Source of the DNA: the human T2T-CHM13v2.0 reference genome, Homo sapiens
DNA length: 64,000 bases
Direction: 5' to 3' (one strand)
Assembly (NCBI RefSeq): GCF_009914755.1
Contig: NC_060947.1
Position numbers and translations under genes: made by a program. The number at the start of each line of letters is the position of its first letter. Position 1 is the first letter of the stretch. Positions 1-14,755 of this stretch are shown one piece after another. Under the pieces are notes generated by a model, which saw only the letters and a list, made by a program, of their open reading frames with translations, did not search any database and was not told the DNA's origin.

Positions 1-548
1 CAGTCAATGAGATAGACATACCTGTGCAATGGAGATGGATGGTAGAGATACTGTTGATGAATTCTAGCAGTGCCTAGGCCAGTGAACTAGACAGTTGGTC
101 TTTGGGGAAAGGGAATTAAGAGGATGCTACCTTTCCTCCCCCTGTTTGTCCTTGAATTTGCTTTAGAATATAAAGCAAATGAATATGCCAATCTCAAGTT
201 TCTCCTGAAACTTGAGAGGCTATGTACCCAAAAGATTTTCCTGTCTTGGACTTATTCTGTGTGCATCTTTAATCTCCATCTACAGGGTTGAATATCCATT
301 CTCAAGTAAATTGTTTTGAGTTGCCTTCTCCATTTAGCAAAATAAGGGTTGTTATTTCCTCATAACATTCCTTTCTAAACCTGTTGTTCAAATAATTTTA
401 AGCAATGGTCTTAGTTTCTGCCATGCATTCTTATTTGAAGCAGGAATCTAAGATTAAAGATAAATTCTGCTCAGACTAGTCTGTCTGGGAACATAGAATC
501 ATTAGGAGTACATGTCAGGATCTACTTGCATTGAAAACCAAGGAATGA

Positions 549-971
<423 letters not shown>

Positions 972-1084
972 ATTAGTTATACATTCATTTATTATTCTTT
1001 CAATAGTTTTTGGAGAGTAGTGGTACTCAAAGTATAGTATACAGATCTCTGCCGGTTCCTGAGACTCTATAAGGGGTCCCACAA

Positions 1085-1166
1085 GGTCTCCCATCCAAGT
1101 ACTAACCAGGCCCGACCCTGCTTAACTTCCAAGTTCAGGCACGTTCAGGGTAGTATGGCCATAGAT
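1085..1166 (-). pseudogene. 5S rRNA retropseudogene, 3'-truncated and without a poly(A) tail
   Basis: Reverse complement of 5S rRNA nt ~1-92 (ggtctcccatccaagtactaaccaggcccgaccctgctta...ttcagggtagtatggccatagat) with a ~10-nt internal deletion; flanking direct repeats aaggggtcccacaa (1071-1084) and aaggggactcacaa (1167-1180). Confidence 0.93.
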
Positions 1167-1830
1167 AAGGGGACTCACAAAGTCAAAACTATTTTCCTAA
1201 TAACAGTAAAAAGTAAGTTGTATTTTTAACTGTGTTGACATTTGCACGGATGCTACAAAAGCAATGGTGTACTCGATGAAGCAGTTAATTTTTACCAAAT
1301 ATTAGTTTTCGAATACACATCTTAATAGTATCTTACCAAAACTGAGAAGTCCACATCAAGCACTTCTGATGTATTTCTAAGTATGATAATTGAATGGAGG
1401 AAAAGTATCGTACATTTGTTTGAGTTGCAAACTGAATAGTCTTGTTTTCCATAGAATGCCATTTTTAATTGAAAGAATGAGAGACAAACTATGGTTTATT
1501 CAGACTTGAGTATTATGCAGATATTTCTCAAAAATGAACAAAGTGAGCCTATCACTTCAAAGGAAACATCTGACAGCATTCATTGCCAATGATAAAATTC
1601 AAGCTTTCAAGCAAATATTGGATTTCTGTAAAACTTGTATTCACCACAGTGAGCATTAGAGCTTCCTAATACTTAAAGATTTGTGATGAGATTACTGGAA
1701 ATATCAGCTAATTTGCTTTTTTTGATATTGTATCCTAAAATGTGTCATCATTTGGAAGATCTGCATAACCCCAGGAACCAATATTTTTCTTTCCTTTTCT
1801 TTTTTTTTAAGCATTAACAAATTTACTTAA

Positions 1831-2119
<289 letters not shown>

Positions 2120-2153
2120 TAAAAGCATAACAAATGTATTAGTTTTACATGAC

Positions 2154-2469
<316 letters not shown>

Positions 2470-2581
2470 TTAAAAAAACATATTTAAAGGGCAAGATAGA
2501 TTAATGGATTTTAATGTAACACAGTGTGGAAAGTTTATAGATATGGTTTCAGATTCCATGTTGCAAAGAAACTTTACAATA

Positions 2582-3378
2582 TACAGGCAACCAACAGTCA
2601 TATGAAAAAAGCTCAACATCACTGATCATTAGAGAAATGCAAATCAACACCACAATGAGATATCATCTCACACCAGTCAGAATGGCTCTAATGAAAAACT
2701 CAAAAGAAAAGCAGATGCTGGTGAGGTTGTGAAGAAAAACGAATGCTTATACACTGTTGATGGGAGTGTAAACTAGTTCAACCATTGTGGAAGACAGCAT
2801 GGCAATTCCTCAATGACCTAAAAGCAGAAATACCATTCGACCCAGCAATCCCATTACTGGGTATATACCCAAAGGAATATAAATTGTTCTGTTATAAAGT
2901 CACATGCACGCATATGTTCACTGCAGCAATACTGATAATAGCAAAGATATGGAATCAACATAAATGCCCATCAATGATAGACTGGATAAAGAAAATGTGG
3001 TGCATATACACCATGGAATACTATGCAACCATAAAAAAGAACAAGATCACGTCCTTTGCAGTGACATGGATGGAGCTGGACGCCATTGTCCTTAGCAAAC
3101 TAACAGGAACAGGAAATCAAATACCACATGTTCTCACTTATAAGTGGGAGCTAAATGATGAGAACACATGGACACATAGAGAGGAACAAAACACACTGGG
3201 TCCTACTTCAGGGTGGAGGGTGGGAGGAGAAAAAGGATCAGGAAAAATAATTACTGGGTACTAGGCTTTATACCTGGGGGACAAAATAATCTTTACAACA
3301 AACCGCCATGACACAATTTTACCTGTATAAAAAACCTGCACATGTACCCCTGAACTTAAAATAAATGTTAAAAAAAAT
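2582..3378 (+). mobile_element. 5'-truncated L1 3' end (older L1PA, ~PA13-16): ORF2 C-terminus, 3'UTR and poly(A)
   Basis: ORF 2785-3264 matches the L1 ORF2 C-terminus ([17 protein letters not shown]...WIKKMW); 3'UTR ends cccctgaacttaaaataaa followed by an A-run. Confidence 0.9.
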
Positions 3379-3949
3379 CACCTTTTGCATTTTGGTGTCA
3401 TATCTAAGGAAACTAGCAACAGTTATCAGATAAGCCTATTAGAACATTCCCTTGTTAAAACTACATCTCTACATGAAGTCAGATCTTTTTCATATTCTTC
3501 TACAAGGTCAATATATAGCAAGAGACTGAATGCAAAAGCAAATATGAGAATCCAGCTGTCTTCTGTTAAGCCCAATATTAAAGAGACTTGTAACACTGTA
3601 ACACAATGCCACTCTTCAAAACATTTTTTTAATTTTAGAAAATACAGTTAGTTTTTGTAGAAATTTTATTTCTGTTGACATGAGTTCACAATTATTTTTA
3701 AATGACTTAATAAATCTTTTGAACATTTCTTTGTTTTAATGTCTAATAATATAAATATATATATATGTATATATATACATATATATAATCTGAAAAAAAG
3801 CTCTTTGATATCCTCAATTTTTTTCAAATGTGAAGTTTTTCTGAAACCAAAAGTAACTAAGAACTGCTGCCTGGGAGATTGCAAGATGCATTCATGACAT
3901 ATTAAAGTTTTATATAAATTGGTTTTATAAAGTACTTTTACCAGTTCCT

Positions 3950-5670
3950 GGACAATATAAGGACCTTAGAACATTTTAATTCCATTTATGCCCCTCCTTT
4001 CTCTCATGGTTCTGCCTTACTCCTTTTAAAAAGGAAGATCAAATATTTTTATTATATATATGGTTTAAACTCCACAAGTAATTATATTTACTTTTAACAA
4101 GTCAATATTTATGTAGGAGTACCTACATATATACCCTTTCCATTGCTCTTTATTCTTTCCTGCATTCCTTTGCTTCAATCAGCTATAATTTTCCTTCTAC
4201 CTGAATAATTTTCTTTAGCATTTTTTTTTAGCATGGGCCTTCAAACATTGAACTCTGCCAGTTTTTGTTTGTCATAAAATGACTTTATTTTTCCTTCCTA
4301 CCAGCAAAATAATTTCCTTGGCTCTTGAAATCTTGGTTGGCAGTTAACGTTCTTTCAGTCTGTTGAGAATATCAGTCCACTAATTTCTGGCTTCCATGGT
4401 TCTATTGACAAGGCAGCTGTTAGTGATACTGTTGCTTCTTAAAAGATAATGTCTCCCTCCCCATCCCAGATGTTTCTATGATTCTCTCTTAGTCTTTCGT
4501 TTTCAGCATTTATCATGGTATGACCATATGTTTCCTTTGTATTTATCCTGATTGAGAGCTTTTATTGCTTCTTTAGTCTTTAAGATGATTGTATTAATCA
4601 ATCTTGTACAATTTTAGGCCATTATTTATTTAAATATTGACTCTTCCCCACTCTCCTTTTTCTGGAACATCAGTTATACATAATACTGTACGTTTAAAAA
4701 ATCATATCCTCTTTTTTTTCCTGCATTTTCAATCGTTTCTTCACTTTCTGCTTCAGTCTGGCTCCTTTCTTCTGGCTCTTTTTTTCTTCTTTATTTTAGT
4801 TATTGCATTTTTCAGTTTCAATTTTCTATTTGTTTCATTTTATACATTCTAGTTAGAATGTGATATCTTCTGTTTTATTGTGTAATTTCTTACATACTTT
4901 AATCACAGTTATTTTAGGTCCAGTATCTATATCTCCTTTTGATCTGTTTAAAGTGTCCAGTTGCCTGGTTTTGATCACTTTGTCTTGTCTTATGGTATGA
5001 TTAGTATATTTTATTGAATGCTTGACATAATGCATCAAAAACTAGAGATAATTTGAGTGTCTGGACCATGTAATTTTCCTGTAAAAAAGATTTGCTTTTA
5101 CTAATGGCAGGTAAGGTGACGTTAAGGCTGAATTACCTTAATTCAATTAGTGATTCCGTTTATTTCAGACTGTGTTTCTACCTTTTCTGAAGAATAATTT
5201 ATCTCTTACTCACACTTTCTCTTAAAAATGTAGTTCTTCCAGGGCACCAAGTGAAAGCCTGAAGTGGTTGCAAGGCCCTTCCTAAACTTCAGTTTACATC
5301 TCCCCGGCCATGTAAGTGGGCAAAACATTTTGCTCAGCTTCTCAGTCTCTTTGCTGATACTTAGGCTAGGGGTAAAGTTTGAGTTGATTCAAGGATAGGT
5401 TTCAGTCTTTATCTGGGCTACTCTATCTGGTTTACTCTTACTCCTGGGGTGTAGTCCTCTAAAGGCCACAACTGAAAGTCCAGGTGGGTCCTGCTATACT
5501 CTGACAGACACCAAACTCCAATTTTTGTTTCCCTAGCCCTATGAGGCTCTCAAAATATCTCTGCTCTGGTTCTCAGGCTTTCCAGCTTCTAATTGAGAGT
5601 CAGCAAATGCACTGAAGAAAAAGGAGGTGCTGAAAGTAAAGCTCACCTCTCTGAGCTTCCCTTAAGTCTT
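3950..5670 (-). mobile_element. Degraded ancient L1ME-type fragments
   Basis: T-rich text resembling antisense L1 ORF1/5' region (ttgtttgtc...tttattttccttc, tttctggcttccatggtt, tttgtatttatcctg). Confidence 0.5.
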
Positions 5671-6999
5671 GGCTTAATGTATATATGTGTGTGTATATAA
5701 TTTAAATTTTTCTGGTTGCCTTCCTTGGGAGGGTTGATCTGATATAAGCTTGTCTACTATTTCCAGCATTAAAAATCTGACATTGCCATATGGGAACAGA
5801 GAGTCAAGGCCTAAATTATTGATCCAAAGAAAACGCCTCAGTGTTGAAGAAAAGGAGAAAAAATTGTGAAAAGTAGAAGAGAGAGATTCTAATCGTAGTG
5901 GAGCATCTGTCACTCAGGATGTCTTCCATCACAGCCCCAGTGCTTTAAGGCTAATATTCAGCTATACGTAATGCTTGACTCTATGAGACCAGGCATTCTC
6001 AGTGTAAGTAGCTCTAAAATACCAGCAAAAGAAGTACTGGCAATGACAAAGGCACTGGCAACCCTTTCATTGTGTTCAATACTGGACATTGGTACATTTT
6101 GAGTAAACTTCAGTCGTCTTAGCCTTATATCCTAGAGTCTTAGTGTATATGTCAACAAAATAACAGCATTGGTGTCTTCAGGGGGCACTGATGGCATAGT
6201 TTTCAATGTTTAGCACTGCCAACTGTTTGCAACATTACCACATGAAGCAAAGCAGAAAAGATGGGAAATTACATGCATACATGACAACCAAGATGGCTCA
6301 TTCTCTGGGCATAAATGAGATTCTTAGAAACTCCCTGAAATAACTGGTACTCCATAAATTTAAATGATACTGGGTTTCTCCAGAGTGAATAGAAGAAAAG
6401 TGATAGAAATGCTGTTTTTGTAGCTTTTGCACAATCCGATTCTTATCGCTAGGCTAGTGTGGCCTGGAAAACCTGGGCTATACATGTAAATAATTCAAGA
6501 TATGTCTCATGACTTTCAGTTCTAAGAAACACTTAGCCAGTATCCTGGCATTATCTACTTTCCTGGGGAGAGGGGAAACTAAAGATCACTACCTACTTTA
6601 TAGTCCATAAAATTGGCAACAGTTGTGAGAGTTTGGCATGCCTATTCAATGTAACCCTGAAAATTTGATTGTAAATTCTCTAATTATTTTACTGTTTCTC
6701 TTCTTCCCAATATTGATCTGTACTCTTTGAGCTACCAGTCTCAAATCTCAGAGAAGCACATGTGGTGGCCTTGATACTAATTACTTACTTAATGTAAGTG
6801 ATTTTTACCTCACAAGTGTCTAACAAACCCAGTTTGAATGGGCTCTTGTGTCATATGATTAACTGTCAGGTAAAACTGCTTTGCATCATTTAAATTTCAA
6901 GCTACCCAAAAATGGTTGCCCTTCTCAGAGGCCTGAATAAAGAAAACTGGCATTTCATTCACCATCTATATTGGAGATATTTTTGCTAGTTGACGCCAG

Positions 7000-7475
7000 C
7001 ATATTGTTACCTTATTCTGGTAATCATACCCCAATTTCTTTCTGCAAAACCACGACAGTACCCACTTTCCGTCTATGTGCTTCCAGTTTCAGAATTTCAC
7101 CTCTTATTCAGGGATAACACTTGTGACCTGGACTTGCATTCTCTTGGTTACAGTAAATGGCTTAAGAATGATACGGGTTCAACTGATTAGTATCGTAGGA
7201 AAGAAACTCTTGTTCTTCCCCATTGGACTGAAACAAAAAGGATTTAAAGTCAGAAGCTGGGGAAGTTATCTTTAGACCTTGAGGTGAGAGCCTGAGAATG
7301 AAATCAACAAAGTTCATGGTAAAGCTGAGAGATTGCAAAGAATCAAGTTCTTATCACATTGCTTTACCCTGAATCCAGCTGTGGCTGTAATTAGACGACC
7401 TCTTAACCTCTCCATTTTGTAAGTCAATAAATTCCCCCTTTCCCATAAGCCTGTTTGTGTTGGTTTTTCTAAAAC
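7000..7475. mobile_element. Old MaLR LTR fragment (MLT1-like)
   Basis: Terminal motif gtcaataaattccccttttcccataagcctgtttgtgttggttt is typical of MLT1 LTR ends. Confidence 0.45.
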
Positions 7476-8924
7476 TGAAGGAGTTCTTACTTTTAACCAA
7501 GTAACTTCTAGGTCAGCAATGCACATATATTGCTAGCCCTAAGGCAGTCCCACGGACTTCTAACATTCTTGCATCATCATTTCAACACTGTGCTGAAACT
7601 CATTCAGAAATTAATCCTTTCCACTCTTCTCTGTATACAAAGAAATCAAAGTTAGGTTTTTCATGTTTGCCTCTTAGACTTACTTCTGTAATCTTCATTC
7701 CAGAGAGTTATTCTCTTTCGATAAATTTTGTTAAAGCTGATCCTTATTGGTGAATCATCAGAAAATGTCAGAAAAGGATACCTGTCACTTTTGTCCCCAT
7801 CAAGATGCTCCCCCACCAACTATTCTGTATATACACACCCACATACACATCTTACCAAGGAGTAGTCATCACCAGGCACTGCAGTTTTTATCAGATCTTG
7901 ACTACACCTCTGACTACAACAGCAATTTTCCTGCCTCACTCCCACATGTTTCAACACTAATTGTCCTTGTTCACTTTCTGTGGCAGAACAACTTGCCTTT
8001 ACTTCATTTAACCCAGTAACCTCCCCAAGCGGTTTTATTCCTTTGATAGCCAGAAAGATGGCAAGGACTTGAGTAATAAATATGTAAAATATCAGCACGA
8101 ACTTTACTTGAAGCTGAGTGCCTGTTAATCCTGGAGTATTTGTGATGTTGTGAAGCTGGGGAAATAGGGGCACAGAGGAAAAACTGATTGAGCAAGAACC
8201 CAAAGGTCACCGAAAGAAGTACAGCAGAGCTTTATTCCAGCTGCTCACTTTCCTAGGAAAAGGTCATTCATTCTAAGGACTCTTGGGTTTGAATCAACCC
8301 CAAACCTAAAGAATGAGCCACCAGCAAGTGAGTGAGTGCATCTCACATCTGAGCCTGTTTTAAAGGAATGCTGATGACCTCCTAAAGAGGGTCTTTGATG
8401 TATATTCAAAGGGAGGAAGAAAAATTATCAGATGTAACTGTAAACCAGATGCTGTGGGGGTGTGACATAAACAGAACAGTCTAGTAGAAGACATGACTAG
8501 TAATTCTTATGAAGAAAGAAAACAGAAAAGTTCTAGAAATCCTTTTAGACACAAATGTCTATATACCAATATATAGGGTATGGATAATGAATGTATGGCA
8601 CTTGTAATTTTAAAACAAGAAAAAGTGACATGATAAGCATAATAAACATTTATGGGACAGAATTTCTGATAGTTACACATAATTTGAAGCTGTTGGGGGA
8701 GCAACGCTTATTCCCAATTCTTCATGTTTTAATGTGCATGGACTTTTATATTCAGATCAAAAACAGTTATCCAATTTGAAGAAAAGAAAAAAGAGATTGA
8801 AAAACAATAAATACAACTATAAGAATCAGTGAGGCCCCAGGGTTTTAACATTCATGTCATTAGAGTTTCAGAAGGAGAGGTGCTAAAGTGTAACGTGGAA
8901 CATTTTGAGGAAATAATGGCTGAA

Positions 8925-9458
<534 letters not shown>

Positions 9459-10232
9459 GAAATAATGGCTGAAAATGTCCTGTTATGGTGAAAGTTATAA
9501 ACCCCAAAGCTCAGCAAACCCCCAAAAGGATAAACGCTGATACATCTATTCTTAGACACACCACAGTTAAATTACTAAAAACTAAAAGTAAAGAAAAAAA
9601 ACCTTGAAATAAGCCCAAGAAAAACAACACATTACTTAAAGAGAAACAATTATTTGACAGACAGCAGATTCCTCATAGATACCATGGAGGCCAGAAGTAA
9701 GTAGCACAAAATTTTTTAAATGTTTGGCAAAAAAAGACCTGTTAACTCAGAATTCTGTCTCCAGCAAAAATATCTTTCAGAAATAAATGTATGGTAAATA
9801 CATTCTTATAAGAAGGAAAACTAAGAGAATTCAGTGTCAGCAGATACGCTTGTAAAGAACTGCTAAAGGAAATTATTCAGACAAAACAGAAATGACCCCA
9901 CATGGAAACTTAAAACATCAAGAATCAAGAAAGAATAGCACAAATAGTTAAAATCTGTGTAAATATAACAAATTACTAATCGCTTCTTGAGTTTTTAAAG
10001 ATATGTTTCATGTTCAAAGTGAAAAAATATGATAATGTTTGATAGGATTTTCAATGTATGTAAATGTAACATATTTTTTAAACTACAATATAAAAAGTGG
10101 AGGGTAAAATAACTTAGATGTTTAGAAAGCTTCTACATTCAATTTGATGTGATAAAATATTGATTCTAAGTATACAGCCCAAATTTAAGTATGTTTAGTA
10201 CAGTCCTTAGACTAATCATGAAAAAACGACAG

Positions 10233-10625
10233 TGTCATAGTCTGTTGTGCTGCTATAAGAAAATACTTGAGACTGGGTAATTTATAAGGAACAGAAATTT
10301 ACTTCTCCCAGATCTGGAGGCTGAAAGTGTTGGCAGGTTCAGTGTCTGGTGAGAGCTTCTCTCTACTTCCAACATGGTGCCTTGTTGCTATATTCATTGG
10401 AGGGGACACATGTTATGTCCTCACATGACAAAAGGCACACAAAGGCAGGGCCTAAGCTAGTTCCTTCCAGCCCTTTTATAAGGCACTACTGTATGCATGA
10501 GTGCAAAGTTCTCATGACTTAACCCCTTCCCAGAAGGCTCCACCTCATAATAACAACACAGTGAGGATTAAGTTTCAACTTATTAAATAATTTTGAATTT
10601 TGAAGGGGACACATTCAATCCATAG
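10233..10625. mobile_element. MST-family MaLR solo LTR
   Basis: tgtcatagtctgttgtgctgctataagaaaatacttgagactgggtaatttataa ... ggggacacattcaatccatag. Confidence 0.85.
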
Positions 10626-11124
10626 AAATAGTACAATAAAAAAGAAAAAAAAAGAAAAGCAATAGATACATTTAAATGGAGTATTAAAAGTATTCAGATA
10701 ACTCAAAATAAATAACTGAAAAGAAGGCGAGAGAGGAAAAACAAAGAAAAAAATTAACAGGAAAGTAAAAGAAAATAAATAATAAAATAGTAGAACTAAA
10801 GCCAAACATATAAATAATGACATAAAATACAAATGGCCTAAAAACATTCAGTAAAACACAGAGATGATCAGAATCAACAAAGAATGAATCAACTATATGC
10901 TGTCTCAAAGGAACTCACTTTAAATATAATGATATAGGTGAGTTTAAAGCAAAGGTTTGAAAATAATATATAATGCAAACTCTAATCAAAAGCTGAGGGG
11001 CTGTATTAATATTAAACAAAATATACTTCAGAGTAAAAAGGGTGGCAAGGGATAAACAGGGATATTACCTAATAATAAGAGGGTCAATTAATTATGACAG
11101 AAATATCTTGAATGTGTATGCAAC

Positions 11125-11163
11125 TATTAGTTTGGTGCAAAAGTAATTGCAGTTTTTGTCATT
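11125..11163. mobile_element. Solo Hsmar1/MADE1 terminal inverted repeat (half MADE1)
   Basis: tattagtttggtgcaaaagtaattgcagtttttgtcatt matches one MADE1 arm. Confidence 0.85.
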
Positions 11164-11947
11164 GCATAGCAACAAATCTTCAAAGTATATGAAACAAAAA
11201 TGAGAGATGAAATAAAAATAGTCCACAAATATAACTGGAGACTTCAAAACTCCTCTTTTAGGAATCAGTAGACTCAGATAGAAAATAAGAATATAGAAAA
11301 ACTGAATAATACAATCAACCAACTGTATCTCATTGGTATTTATAGAACACGCCACCCAACAAGAACAGCAGAATATACATTCCATCAAGTGCACAAGGAA
11401 CATTTACCAAGATATACCATATCCTAGATCATAAAAAGACCTTCATAAGCTTAGAATAATTTAAATATCTAATTATAATATAATTAAACTAGAAATCAAT
11501 AACAGAGGTATAACAGGAACATTGACAAACACTTGGAAATTAAGAAAAAAACCTCATAAATAATCCATGGGTCCAAGAAAAAGACTCAAGAGAAATTAGA
11601 AAGTGTATTTAACAGGATGAAAATTAATAGATGACACATAAAAATTTGTGGGATATAAGTATGAGTGCTTAGAGATAAATTTATACTATTAAATGGTTAT
11701 ATTAGAAAAGAAAAAATGATCTCATACCAATTACCTCAATTTCAAACTTAAGAAACTAGAAAAGAAGAGTAAAATACACCAACTAAGACAAGACAGGCAG
11801 ACACAGGCAGACACAAAGACCCCCATCCCAGAGCATTCATATAGATCCTGATGACCTCATGCCAAAGGAAGATAAAGAAAGAATGCTCTAGTGGTAATCT
11901 CTTATTATTTTGGGAAAGTATCCCATCCATCAAGCATATTAGAGCAG

Positions 11948-12050
11948 TGTTATTGCCTGAATTGTGTCTCTCTACCCGCTACCGAAATCCATATGTTGAA
12001 ACCCTTACTTCCAATGGGACTGGATTTAAAAATAAGGCTTTTTAAGTAGG
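11948..12050 (+). mobile_element. 5' fragment of a MaLR (MLT1/MST) LTR
   Basis: tgttattgcctgaattgtgtc...aaatccatatgttgaaaccctta. Confidence 0.65.
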
Positions 12051-12463
12051 TGTGATGGTTAATACTGAGTGCCAACTAGATTGGATTGAAGGATGCAAAG
12101 TACTGATCCTGGGTGTGTCTGTGAGGGTGTTGCCAAAGAAGATTAACATTTGAGTCAGTGGGCTGGGAAAGGCAGACCCACTCTTCATGTGAGTGGGCAC
12201 CATCTAATCAGTTGCCAGTGTGGCTAGAATATAAAGCAGGCAGAAAAACGTGAAAGGACTAGACTGGCCTAGCCTCCCAGCCTACATATTTCTCCCGTTC
12301 TGGATGCTTCCTGCCCTCAAACATTAGACTCCAAGTTCTTCAGTTTTGGAACTTGGACTGGCTCTCCTTGTTCCTCAGCTTGCAGACGACCTATTGTGGG
12401 ACTTTGTGATCCTGTGAGTTAATATTTAATAAACTCATCTATCTATCTATCTATCTATCTATC

Positions 12464-12519
<56 letters not shown>

Positions 12520-12555
12520 CCTATTCTGTCCCTGTAGAGAACCCTGACTAATACA
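12051..12555 (+). mobile_element. MLT2A1-type LTR (5' LTR of HERV-L)
   Basis: tgtgatggttaatactgagtg...gattggattgaaggatgcaaag start; ccctgactaataca end; AATAAA near 12429. Confidence 0.92.
12437..12518. repeat. (TCTA)n/(GATA)n tetranucleotide microsatellite inside the LTR
   Basis: About 20 near-perfect atct units with one atc interruption. Confidence 0.97.
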
Positions 12556-13800
<1,245 letters not shown>

Positions 13801-14134
13801 CCAAGTTATTAGGGTACAGGTGGTATTTGCTTACCTGAGTAAGTTCTTTAGTGGTGATTTGTGTACATCCATTACCCGAGGAGTATACACTGCACCATAT
13901 TTGTAGTCTTTTATCCCTCACTCCCCTCCCACCCTTCCCCGCAAATCCCCAAAGTCCATTGGATCATTCTTATGCTTTTGTGCCCTCATAACTTAGCTCC
14001 CAAATATCAGCAAGAACAAACGATGTTTGACTTTCTATTTCTGAGTTACTTCACTTAAAATTATAGTCTCCAATCTCATCCAGGTCACTGCAAGTGCTGT
14101 TCATTCATTCATTCATTTTTATGGCTGAGCAGTA

Positions 14135-14136
14135 TT

Positions 14137-14171
<35 letters not shown>

Positions 14172-14755
14172 CTATATATATATTCCTATATATATATGTT
14201 CCTATATATATGTTCCTATATATATGTTCCTATATATATGTTCCTATATATATGTTCCTATATATACATATATTCCTATATATATTCCTATATATACATA
14301 TATTCCTATATATATATAGAGAGAGAGGAATTGTTCCTATATATTATCTTTCAATGTTTAATAGAGTTGTTCCTATATATTATCTTTCAATGTCTAATAA
14401 AGTTGATAACTGTCTGATAAGAAACCCTCTGTAATTCATTCTATGAAGCCAAGATCACCCTAATACCAAAACCAGGAAAGGACAAAACCAAGAAAGAAAA
14501 CTACAGACCAATATCGCTGATGAACATAGATGCTAAAATCCTTAATAAAATACTAGCTAAATTATATTTATATAATTTATATAATTATATTTATATAATT
14601 TATATTTATATAATTTATATATTTATATTTATATAATTTATATTTATATATTTATATATTTATATTTATATAATTATATAATTTATAATTTATATAATAA
14701 TAAATTATATATATAATTCCTATATATCTATATATATAGATATATATATATACAT
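14135..14755. repeat. Complex (TA)n / (TTCCTATATATA)n / (TTATA)n low-complexity tract containing an inverted insertion
   Basis: Visible directly in the sequence. Confidence 0.95.
14378..14560 (+). repeat. 183-bp inverted duplicate of 16813-16995
   Basis: Manual alignment gives about 6 mismatches and no indels against the reverse complement of 16813-16995. Confidence 0.95.

Noticed and set aside
6172-6190. CTCF-like motif (tcttcagggggcact); weaker ones near 43415 and 48212
   Set aside because: Mismatches in the core CCAC/CCGC positions; too weak without ChIP data.
14094-14434. Tyr/Ile-rich ORFs, also at 33932-34273 and 59835-60349
   Set aside because: Translations of TA microsatellites, not proteins.
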